A DNA stretch of 64,000 nt, from NCBI GenBank assembly GCA_009914755.4, contig CP068257.2, positions 29,024,001-29,088,000 of the forward strand, in the 5' to 3' direction. Of this stretch, positions 23,906 to 35,129 are shown one piece after another (position 1 is the first letter of the stretch; every line of letters begins with the position of its first letter). The stretch is from the human T2T-CHM13v2.0 reference genome, Homo sapiens. Below the pieces are notes generated by a model, which worked only from the letters and a program-made list of their open reading frames with translations, was not told the DNA's origin and did not search any database. The translations under genes were made by a program, and so were the position numbers.

Positions 23906-25489
23906 AAGTTCCTACTATGTACTCAATGTTGGTACAGCAAGACATAGTCCTATACCACAAGAAGGTGGCATTATATAATAAAATATAAATATGTTTATAA
24001 AAATAAATATAACTCACACATATACTGAAAGGCAGGCAAGTGAACCAAATCAAATGCTGTGTTGGCTATGAATATTTAGCATGCTCCGGAAGTCAAGAAG
24101 GATTTCAGATACTGGAGCCACTGGTGAAGATGAGGCTTAAACTGAGATGTTAAGGGTCAGTTGGTTAGATGAGAAAGGGCTATCTATTCCCTGCCCTGAA
24201 GGAACAGCCTGAGAGAAGCAGGGGAGGTTCAGCAGCATGAAGCATTGCAGAAAATCCATAGGTACGAATGTGTGGCAGGCATGAAGCATGGGTGAGCAGG
24301 AAGAGTAGAGGGAAGGGGGAGAATGATAGCAAGAAACCTGTGATTAAGGACTTTGCATGGCAAGTTAAAGACTGAGCATATTTCCATAAATAGGAAGGAG
24401 CCTTAACAGTGGATAAATGTGATTTTTTATGCTTTGAAAAGATCACCTTGTCACCATCTGGAAGATGGATGGGAGAGGAACCAGACAAGAGGCAAGATGG
24501 CTTAGCGGAAGGAAGAGGCGATTCTGTGGGCATAATCCAGGAAAAGCATAATAAGAACTTGTCCAGGACAAGAAAAAACTAAAATCAAATAAGTGGGGCT
24601 GTACCAAAGAAGGATAGAATCAAGGTGGTTTCAGCTCATTCAATATTTTAAAAAAATTATACACATATTTTTGTGAGTACATAACTGATGCATGCATACT
24701 TCATTTATCCACATAAACAAGAGAGGATATACAAAAAGTAAAAGTTCTGTGATAATGTGGAGGTAGTATGGGTTTATTGGTTTAATTGACAGCATTTCTT
24801 TTTGCACTTAAAATATAATAAAGCTTATAGCTTGGTTTGGTAATACCAAGTGCCTCAAAAAAAGTCTGTATATCTAAATAAGTCTATAACAGATTTAGTT
24901 TAATATTTAAATCCAAGAGTAATAGAATTACAAGGGTAAAGTGTGTTTCCCTGGAAGAATTACTTGAAGGTGGATAGACATGTAGAAGAATTGAGCCTTG
25001 CAGGGAAATCATTGATTAGAAACAATAATAATGGCATATGCCAGATCACATTGTCGGAAATTTATTTTTGATTTTGCTTAGGCACTAGAAGTAGGAGTCT
25101 ACAAGAGGAATAGAGGCATAAGCAGAAAACTTGAAAGGGCAAATGGAAATTTCCCTTTGTAGTAAGGAGACAGACGTTTCTTACTAAAGAAAAGATAAAA
25201 GGCTGCTTTGAAGCATCCTGAGAAGACTTTATGCACAAAGCTCAGAGAGGTCTCCAAGCTACAGACAAATGCTGGCTCTAATACTAAGAACGGTATGTTC
25301 AATGCTAGACAGAAATGTTGGAGGGCTATTCAAAGCAATGATCAGTAATGGTTGAAAATTAGTAGGAAAAGTTTTGATTGTGTATAGTAGTTTTTTATTT
25401 TTCATTCTTGCTCAAAATTGGATGCCATCTTTTTAAAATATAGCTACTACCTATTTTGTGATTATCATTAGATAGCACAGATAAAATTA

Positions 25490-25860
25490 ATACATAACTT
25501 TTAAATTTTTCAACTTTTATTTTAGATATGGGGATACATGTACAGGCTTATTACATGGGAATATTGCATGATTCTGAGGTTTGAGGTACAGATCCCCTCA
25601 CGCAGGTAGTAAGCATAGTACCTGATAGATACTAATATTTCGATCCATACTCCCCTTCTTCCTGCCCCCTTCCCCACTCTAGTAATCCTCAGTGTGTATT
25701 GTTCCCACATTTATGTCCACGTGTGCTCAATGTTTAGCTCTTATGGATATGATTTCATTCTTTTTTATGGCTGCATAGTATTCTGCGGTGTGTGTGTGTG
25801 TGTGATATCACATTTTCTTTACCCAGTCTACCATTGATGGGCACCTGAAAATGATCAAGG
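25490..25860 (-). mobile_element. L1 3'-region fragment in antisense orientation, with internal deletions and a (GT)n run
   Basis: 'acttttattttagatatggggatacatgtacaggcttattacatggg...cccctcacgcaggtagtaagcatagtacctgatag...gtaatcctcagtgtgtattgttcccac...ttttatggctgcatagtattc...cccagtctaccattgatgggcacctg' shares these antisense L1 3'-end motifs with the minus-orientation L1 at 47555-49285 ('tattttag...acatgt...cacaggg...caggtaataagcatagtacc'). Confidence 0.7.
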
Positions 25861-26094
25861 ACATCATTTGAGCATAAGCAGGAACATTTTTGCTAAAGTC
25901 TACTGTTAACTAGAAAGTGTCAAAAAACACTTTATGGATAGTAAGAACACAGAAGATTCATAAAGTTTTAAAACATCCCTAAAAAGTAAGCAAGGTGGCT
26001 TACTATGCTCCAGGCATTTGAGATATGTCAGTGAATCAAACTTACAAAGACCCATGCTCTCATGGAGTTTATACTGTAGCAATTGCATTCATTT

Positions 26095-26590
26095 TCTATA
26101 TCTGTTGTAACAAATTACTACTATCTTGAAAGCTTAAAAGCACAAATTTATTTTCTCACAGTTCTGGAAGCCAGAAGTCTGAAATCAGTATAATTGGTCC
26201 CAAATCAAGGAAATCAAGGAGTCTCCAACACCTCATTCCCTCCAGAGGATCTAGGGGAGAATCTGTTCCTTGCGTCTTCCAGCTTCTGGTGTCTACAATT
26301 ATTCCCTGGCTTGTGCCCACATCACTCTAGTCTCTGCCTCTGTGGTCGCATTGCTCCCACTTATGTCCGTCAAATTTCCATCTGCTTCTCTCTTACAGGA
26401 ACACTCATAGCTGCATTTAGAGCCTATGTAGATAATATAAGATAATCTCTCCTTCCTAAGATCCTTAATTTAATCACATCTGCAGAGATCATTTTTCCAA
26501 ACAAGGTAACATTTCTTAGGTTCTGGGCATTAGGACCTGGTGTCTTCAGGGGCGTTATTCAGCCTGCCACGGCAATGGAAACGCGCAATT
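26095..26590 (-). mobile_element. MaLR-group LTR, reverse orientation
   Basis: 'gtaacaaattactactatcttgaaagcttaaaagcacaaatttattttctcacagttctggaagccagaagtctgaaatcag...tccttaatttaatcacatctgcagagatcatttttccaaacaaggtaacatttcttaggttctgggcattaggacc'. Confidence 0.55.
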
Positions 26591-26623
26591 CACCAAGTGA
26601 TAAATAAATAATATAGTAGTCAG

Positions 26624-26923
26624 GCCAAGAACAGTGGTTCACGCCTGTAATCCCAGCACTTTGGGAGGCCAAGGCAGGCAGATCACTTGAGGTCAGGAGT
26701 TCGAGACCAGCCTGGCCAACATGGTGAAACCCCGTCTTTACTGAAAAATACAAAAATTAGCTGGGAGTGATGGCACACGCCTGTAGTCCCAGCTTCTCGA
26801 GAGGCTAAGGCAGGAGAATCTCTTGAGTCTGGGCAGCGGAGGTTGTAGGGAGCCGAGATTGCGCCACTGCACTCCAGGCTGGGAGACAGAGAGAGACAAC
26901 GTCTCAAAAAAAAAAAAAAAAAA
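26624..26923 (+). mobile_element. Full-length Alu (S-type) with 18-nt poly(A)
   Basis: Runs from 'ggccaagaacagtggttcacgcctgtaatcccagcactttgggaggccaaggcaggcagatcacttgaggtcaggagttcgagaccagcctggccaacatggtgaaaccccgtc' to '...gagacaacgtctcaaaaaaaaaaaaaaaaaa'. Confidence 0.95.
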
Positions 26924-26944
26924 GATAGAGAAAATTGATATACA

Positions 26945-27038
26945 CTTGAGCCCAGGAAAGGGAGGTTGCAGTGAGCCCAGATCGTGCCATTGCACTCCAG
27001 CCTGGGCAACAGAGCGAGACTCTGTCTCAAAAAAAAGA
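26945..27038 (+). mobile_element. Alu 3' fragment
   Basis: 'cttgagcccaggaaagggaggttgcagtgagcccagatcgtgccattgcactccagcctgggcaacagagcgagactctgtctcaaaaaaaag'. Confidence 0.85.
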
Positions 27039-28105
27039 TATGGTAATTAGATGGTGATAAGGGACTTAGGGGGAAATGTAGAAGATGGTAAAGGGACCAA
27101 TGATTCCAGGAGTTGGAGGATAGAGAGAGGAAGAAATTACCTTTTAAAGTACTTTCTTTGGATAAGCTTCATTGAGCAAAAAGAAGGAGAAAAAGGAGTA
27201 GACCTCACTGATACTTGCAGGAAGAGCTTCCAAGCAGCAGACAGGAGCAGCCGGAGTCCAGCCTTTAAGGGGCAGCTGGCTTGCAGCATTCTCGCTACTA
27301 AAAGTTGTGAGACCAAATGAGCTTTTAGGATGACAGTGAAGCAGATAGAAATGGAGAAATCAAGAGGTCTAAGACTGGGACAGAGGCATCTTAACATTCA
27401 AATGTCAGAGAAAATAGAGATAGGAGAAAGGAGACCGAGAAAGCTTGGCCAAGGAAACAGGGAAAGGCAAGAAAGGATGGAGACTTGTAGGTCAAAGGAA
27501 GAAAGATATTCAAAGAGAAATGAATAATGGACTGGCAAAGGCTCGTGATAGGTCAAGTAAGTTGAGAACAGAGAACTGATCTTCGTTATTTAGCGGAAGG
27601 CATTATAGATAAAGTACACAGGATCGGATTTGGCAGGCAACTGTGGGCAAAAAGCTGACTGCAATGAGTTTGAGACTCTTCTGAGTCATGGATCAGCAAT
27701 CATTCCACTAAACCGTTCTGCCTAAGCGTAAGATAATATCTCATTTGCTGTAGAGTTCATAATTTGCCTCTTTAGGTAGTTCTACAGAAAAAAAGAGCTA
27801 AGTGGCTCTTTTCTACTTAAAGTGCATATGTTTCTCTCATGATTTTCCAGATGTTTGATTTATTTTCTGCAAGCTCGAGTATCATCAGACTAGATGCTTT
27901 GCTCTACAAACACAGCTGTGTGAATTTGAACACTGATGAGAGATTCACCCTTATGGAGGCATTGTCAAGGGTCACCTCCTTATCCTGGCCTAGATGGCCA
28001 GTCCATAGTGAATAGAACAATGGAAGCAAAATTATATCGATCTCTGGCAGGGCAAAGTGTGATGAGGATAATTTGGAATAACTCCACAGAATTTTAAAAA
28101 GTACT

Positions 28106-28184
28106 CCAATTTCTTTCTTTCTCTCTTTCTTTCTTTCTTTCCTTCTTTCTTTCCTAATTTCATTGTTTCTTTCTTTGTTTCTTT
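28106..28184. repeat. (TTTC)n/(CTTT)n microsatellite, which is the degenerate poly(A) tail of the downstream minus-strand Alu
   Basis: 'ttctttctttctctctttctttctttctttccttctttctttcc...tttctttctttgtttctttg'. Confidence 0.9.
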
Positions 28185-28477
<293 letters not shown>

Positions 28478-28849
28478 TAGACACAAATGCACGGAGACAG
28501 GAACAGAGGCAGAATGGGTAGCCCTGCACAGGCTTTGTATCATTCTCCCTCTGGCACAGCAATGGCTATTTTCCACTGTAGTAACTTCCTGGCTTAACAC
28601 ATAAGATGATAAACTTTATGGATTGTTTAATCCTGCTTTTTCCATAAAAGCTTTCAAGCAGCTTTAAAAATATGATGATTCTGGAGGAAAATGTGTAAAA
28701 TAATCTGGACCAGATAAGATGTCAAATGCAAAGACAGTACTAGGAGTAATATTTCACCATGGGGATGCTGGTCACAAGAAACTACATAACCATTACAAGC
28801 ATCTCTGAATTTTTCTTCAAATTTCCTGACATCTAGCATAGAGATGTTG

Positions 28850-29250
28850 TATTAGCAAGCTCAAGTTCCCGTAACAGAATACCACAGACTAGGTGGCTTA
28901 AACAACAGAAATTTATTTCCTTACATTTCTGGAGGCTCTAAGTCCAAGATCAAGGTGCCAGCAAGCTAGGTTTCCGGCGAGGCCTCTCTCCCTGGCTTAG
29001 AGATGACTACTTTCTTGCTGTGTCTTCATGTGGCCTTTTCATTGTTACTGTCTCTTCCTCTTCTTATAAGGCCACCAATACTTCTGGACTAGGGCCCCAC
29101 TTGTGGATTATAACCCCATTTAACATTACTTACCTCTTTAAAGGCCCTACCTCCAAATACAGTCATATTAGGGATGAGGGTTTCAACATCTGAATTGGAG
29201 GTTTAGGGGAGGAAGATACAATTCAGTTATAACACGAGGCATGAATTTCT
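28850..29250 (-). mobile_element. MaLR-group LTR, reverse orientation
   Basis: 'cccgtaacagaataccacagactaggtggcttaaacaacagaaatttatttccttacatttctggaggctctaagtccaagatcaaggtgccagcaag...cttataaggccaccaatac...ctctttaaaggccctacctccaaatacagtcatattagggatgagggtttcaacatctgaattggagg'. Confidence 0.6.
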
Positions 29251-30394
29251 GGGGTCTCCCTGTTGCTAAGTTACATAAACCAGGGGGGATAGTAGGACTG
29301 GCACCTCATTGTAAACCTTTAGGAGGCTAATCAAGGTTCTCATCTGAAGGAATATTGACTGCACCTTTAAATAGAACTAGGATGTTTTCATTAAAAGAAA
29401 ATTCTGGAACATCAAACAAATATTCACGGTCTCCAAATTCTTTTCTATTGATCCATATTCACAGACAAATAAAGTTTTGTTGTTATTTTTAATTAAGTAG
29501 TGTGTATGCTTACAAAGGAATATATGTAATTTATACATGAGTTCTGAAGCATAATAATGAACACACCACTCACTGTATGAGCTAGAATTTTAACCATACC
29601 ATTGAATTAGCCTGTGTGATCTGACCTCATCCAAATACCTCTAGGTATGCCCACAAGAGATGTGTTATTTTGCAGTTTCAAATAATACTGCTCTAAAGGG
29701 TCTTCCACATGTCTCTAAGCACCGGAGTGTTTACCCAGGGGGAGAATTGAAGGTTTTCATAAAGTATGTTCAGATCTAGTTTCAGGAAACAATGCTAAAT
29801 TGTGATCCAAAGCAGTAGTATCAATTTACACTCCCACCTACATGACATAGACGTTTTCATTGCTTTACCTTCTCAACAACTCTTAGAATTATCTTTTTAG
29901 TTTTAAATATATATCATTGTGGTCTTCATGTTTCTGTTTATTCATAAGTTTGAGCATCTTTTAAAATGTTTATTTGTCTTGCACGTTTTCACCTCTGTAA
30001 AATACCTGTTCCTGTCTTTAGCTCATTCTTACATGTTTTTATGTGTCATCTATACACATACATATATATGTTATATACACGTTTATGTGTCACATTAGTA
30101 TATTTTTCCTAGATATTTGATCTAAGTCATTTATATATGACACCAGTAATTTCTCCCAATTTATAGGTATTTGTTTTTACTTTTTTTCACTGTCTTCCAG
30201 CATAATTGGTGGGAAAAAATTTCAATTCTAGTAAAATAAAATGTATCAATAATTTATTTTGTGTTCTAATGCCCTATGTAATTGAAAAAATTCAATCTTC
30301 AGTATGGAGATATCCTCCTATATTTTCTTCTGACAGCTTTAAGTTTATGACTTTCACTTTAACTCCAATTTGACTTGCATTTATTGTATTGCAG

Positions 30395-30935
<541 letters not shown>

Positions 30936-31504
30936 TAGATATTTTAAAGTCATTAATGCCATTCAATAAAATGTCCCACAAAATGATGTATGCCTCATTT
31001 ATTAGATTTATTCCAAATTGTCATATTTTTGCTATTGTAAATAATATATTTTTAATTTTTTTCTACTGTGATTGGCATATAGACATGCAATAGCTTATTG
31101 TAAATCAAACTTATGTCTAGCCATCTTAATACTTACTACTTCTTATAACTTGTTTATAGGCTTATTTGTGCTATTTTTATAAATACAATCATATAAACTA
31201 CACTTTATGAGTTTTGTCTCTGCTTGTCTAATCTTTATGCTTCTTATTTCTTTTTTGTTGTTATTTTGGTATTGTCCTGGTTACAATGTACAAACCATCA
31301 CTGAATAGAAGTGGTAATGAAGCCCCAAATTTAAAACAGAAGTTTCCAACTTTGCCCTGTGTTTTGATCAATTTTCTCAACTTGGCTAGGTTATAGTAGT
31401 CAGTTTCTTGGTCAAACATCAGTCTAGATGTTGCTGTGAAGGTGATATTAAATATAATTAACATCTAAATCAGAAGACTTTAAGTAGAGCAGGTTACCCT
31501 CTAT

Positions 31505-31797
31505 AGCCTGGGCGGTTCTCATCCAATCAGTTGAAGGCCTTAAGAGAAAAGACTGAGGTCCCCCAAAGAGGAAGGAATTCTGCTCACAGGCTGCTTCAGA
31601 CACAAGACTGCAACATCAATGCCTGCAAGAATTTCTAGCCTACTTTCCAGCTTTATACATCTCAGACTTGCCAGCCCACAGAGCTATGTGAGTCAATTCC
31701 TTAAAATGAAACTCTCTACATGTATCTCTGGCTCCATATCTATATATGCTATGAGTCTATGTGTTCCGTTTCTCTGGAGGAACCTTAACTAATACAC
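31505..31797 (+). mobile_element. MLT1-type MaLR LTR (3' portion)
   Basis: 'gggcggttctcatccaatcagttgaaggccttaagagaaaagactgaggtcccccaaagaggaaggaattctgctc...cttaaaatgaaactctctacatgtatctctggctc...gttccgtttctctggaggaaccttaactaataca'. Confidence 0.55.
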
Positions 31798-31857
31798 CCC
31801 ATGAAGAATGAAGTTTCATGTGGGTTTTTGGCAGTTACCCTTTGTCAAGTTAAGACA

Positions 31858-32249
31858 GTGTGATGGGTTAAATTGTGCCTGTCCACAATATGTTCATTGA
31901 AAACCTCAGATGTAATTAAAGTAAGAATCTCATCATGAGATCATCCTGGATTCACATAGGATCTATATAACATGATGAGAGAGATAGGAAAGGAGACACA
32001 GAGACACAAGGAAGAAAGCCATGTAAAACCAGATTGAAGTGTTGCTGCCACAAGCCAAGAAATACTAGGGGCCATTAGAAGCTTAAAGAGGGAAGAAAAG
32101 ATTCTCCCCTAAAGCTTTCAGAGTGAGTGTGGTCTTTCTGACACCTTGATTTCATTATTCTGGTCTTCAGAACTGTGAAAGAACTTTCTGTTGTTTCAAA
32201 CCAACAAGTTTGCAGTAATTTGTTCCAGAAGTTCTAGAAAGCTAACACA
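31858..32249 (+). mobile_element. MaLR-group LTR (MLT-type), same family as 6433-6995
   Basis: 'tgtgatgggttaaattgtgcctgtccacaatatgttcattgaaaacctcagatgtaattaaagtaagaatctcatcatgagatcatcctggattcacataggatctatataacatg...ttctggtcttcagaactgtgaaagaactttctgttgtttcaaaccaacaagtttgcagtaatttgttccag'. Confidence 0.55.
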
Positions 32250-32285
32250 GTTTCCTTCTCCACCTAAAATTCAGAAAATTGCTGA

Positions 32286-33090
32286 ATTTTATAAAATGTT
32301 TCTGCATTTATCAGTATTGGTAGGGAAAGGAGGCAGGGACATTCTGGGCAGAAGAGGGCAGGTTCCCAGGGAGTGCCCCACCCTTAAGCCTGGAACTGCA
32401 GCCCAAAGTGAGAACTTACATACCTGTTTTCCTGCTTGAACGTTGCATTTTCCAAAACCACCATGGCCTGCCCCATCCCCTATCCTGTACCTATATAAAC
32501 CCCAGGTTCAGCCAGCAGAGAGGAGAAGCAGCAGGATGTTAGAGACTGTGATTGGATGTCAGGGAGAAGTGGCTTGACTTCAGAGGGATGACTTAATGGT
32601 GTAGCTTTGCAGAGGAGTCCAACCAGGGGATGGGCAGACTTCAGGAGAAGATTACCTTCCCTCTCTGTCCCCTTTTCAGTTTCTCTTCCTGCTGAGAGCC
32701 ACTTTCATCAGCAATAAAATCCCCTGCATTTACCATCTTTAATTTGTTCATGTGACCTCATTCCTCCTGAACACCAGACAAGAACTTGGGTGTGGGTGCA
32801 AAAGACTGTCACACTGACACTCCACTGAGCTGTTAACACTTAAGCCGTCTGTAGACAGCAGAGCTAAAAGAGCATGAGCAGTTTTGCTCCCACCGACACC
32901 CAAAAGCGCTCACCTCAAGTCCTGCACCCGCTCACCTGCATTCCCTTTCCCACGAGGTGTGAAGCACAGCGGGTCTGAGTGAATGGAATTCATCCCTGCC
33001 AGCACCAAAGGGGCAGGCTGTTTCCAGCACCCCTGTACTCCAGTTCCAACCTGCAAAGCAGCCAGGGAAATATCCTGCTTCAGTATCACG
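32286..33090 (+). mobile_element. ERV1-like solo LTR, related to 17714-18480; TATA ('ctatataaaccccagg') and AATAAA ('cagcaataaaatcccc') are present
   Basis: Colinear similarity to the 17714 copy runs along its full length. Divergence is too high for the two to be the LTR pair of a single provirus. Confidence 0.5.
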
Positions 33091-34345
33091 ATAGGCAGAA
33101 ATTGTAGCAAGTATTGCTAAAGACCACTGGTTAAAAGCACAGAAGTACTTAAAACAAACTGAGCTATTTATTCAAAATGCACAAATTTATATGCTAAACT
33201 GACTGCCTTAGAAAATTCTACAAAACACATTGGCCTTCAGAAAAAGGATATCATCATATTTCATGTACCTTCTGGAAAACTAAACTACATACTCATGAGA
33301 CAATGAGAGTAAATAAAGCAAATAATGTCCTAATATTATTATAAGATTAATTTTGACCTATAAAACTAGCACTCTAGGAGAAACATGGGGACCCCCAAAG
33401 TCTCACCCCATAGTTATGAACTGCTGCTACATTCTGTTATAGTGGTATTAGGGAAAAAGTTATATGTGGAATTTCTTCCAGGTATGTCATTCAAGAACAC
33501 CAAAACTATTTATAAATACATTTGGAGAAAATGTTTCCCTTTAAATTTAGCATATCTGTTTCTCCTGAAAATACCCACAGGGACACAGTCTTTTATTTTG
33601 AATCAACTTCCAAAAGTGCTGCATCTCCTTGTCATGCAATTGTAGTGTCAGGTCTCCACAGGTAATTATATCTGCATCAAAATGCATGGAATTGATATAG
33701 GAAACCAGAACATAACCAAACTTGGCTCATGGCTTGCACTTTAGGGTGAGTTATATGAAAAAGAGATCTTTACAGGATAAAGCAAATTTCTAGTTTATAC
33801 TATCAAGGGAGCTTGAGAGCAGTTTATTTGAAATTTTAAAAAAATGAAAAGAAAAGAAAAATGGCCAGCACAATTTTAATAAAATTTTGCTAACTTTTTG
33901 GCTAAAAAGAGAGACTTAAAGTCTTGAATATGGCAACATATATTTTTCTGGTCTCAATCAGAAATATTATAGTAAAAATCATAACAGAAGGTAACATATC
34001 ATGCCCTAAAGCAGGTATGTTTTTGTGCATAAAAGAAGCAGATAGTTTTTTTAAATTACATATAAAACTAAGTACATTTAATTATGATGAAATATTTTTC
34101 CATGATCCAATTTAAAGTAAAAACTGAAATGAGGTAAAGGGAAGAGTACTAGAAATGCAGTAGCATGATACAGCAAGCTGAAAAGATTCGGAAATAAGCA
34201 TTTGCTCTGTTTCTATTAACGCTGCTAGGTTCTCTTTTTATCAGCCAGCAGGGAGCTCTTCACATTTTGTGTATTCTTGAAGTATTCAGTAATAATAAGC
34301 ATATAGTTGTCTTTTAGAAAAGGTCAGCTACAACCATAGCTTTTG

Positions 34346-34667
34346 TCAGATCCCGTAGTAGTAACCAGCCATGGTCAGAACTACAGCCAATCTTATGGTC
34401 TCCTAAACCTTCACCTCTATAGCTACAGCCGGGGACATAATTCCAGCATTAAAGGTGTTTATACAATAGGTTCCATGTATGGTAATAGGATTTGGAAGAT
34501 TTAGGATGGTCTCCTAAACCTTCACCTCCGCAGCTATCGCCAGGAGCATAATTCCAGTATCTAAAGGTGTTTATACAATAGGTGCCATACCTGGTAATAG
34601 GATTTGGAGAATCACTGATAACTATTCTTAAGTCACATGTCACCACCTCTCCAAGAATCCATACCAC
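34346..34667 (-). pseudogene. Possible decayed KRTAP-like (high glycine-tyrosine) gene relic containing a 117-bp tandem duplication (34388-34503 and 34504-34620)
   Basis: The 72-aa minus-strand ORF 34449-34667 contains 'RYGTYC...FRYWNYAPGDSCGGEGLGDH...KSYYHTW'. The second repeat copy reads 'GCSYRGEGLGDH'. The downstream minus-strand frames give 'MAGYYYGI*' and 'KSYGCS*'. A 'taaaag' TATA-like motif lies about 30 bp upstream of the ATG. Several frameshifts are needed to read it as one gene, so this is pseudogene-like and speculative. Confidence 0.25.
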
Positions 34668-35129
34668 TAATACTTATGAAAGCATATCTCTTTTATTCAC
34701 TCTCCTAAATCTCCACAATAATCTATACAAAAGCATTTATTATCTTGGCCTCTTACATAACAGGATTCTTTTGTGATTGTAAAAGTGTTCCCTTTGAGTT
34801 TTCTAGGGAGTTAGGCATTTCCACAAATCAGTTTTGTGCATTTAATGAGCAGTGAATTCCACGTCCTCAATGTCCTTGTCTTCACTGAAATGTATTCATG
34901 ACAGTCACAAGCAACCTGAGTGTGCTGTGGTTCTCTAATTATACACCTGATCTTTCAGTCAATGCAAATGATGAGATTGTTCTCATAACTAAAAACCTCA
35001 TTCACCTTTTTCTCTAGAGCCAACTCATGTCTTGAATTTATTTGGAAACAACTTTGTATTTTTGGTTTCTACTTTATTTTCTTTTCCTGGAAGACCTGTA
35101 ATTTATTTATTTTTTTAGTTGCTGTAAAA

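Noticed and set aside
26683-27050. 115-aa and 85-aa minus-strand ORFs and a 75-aa plus-strand ORF, with similar ORFs at 28199-28480, 30544-30938, 50881-51201, 58741-59005 and 59422-59682.
   Set aside because: All are translations of Alu sequence (for example '[10 protein letters not shown]', '[15 protein letters not shown]'). Alu read-through ORFs are ubiquitous and non-coding.
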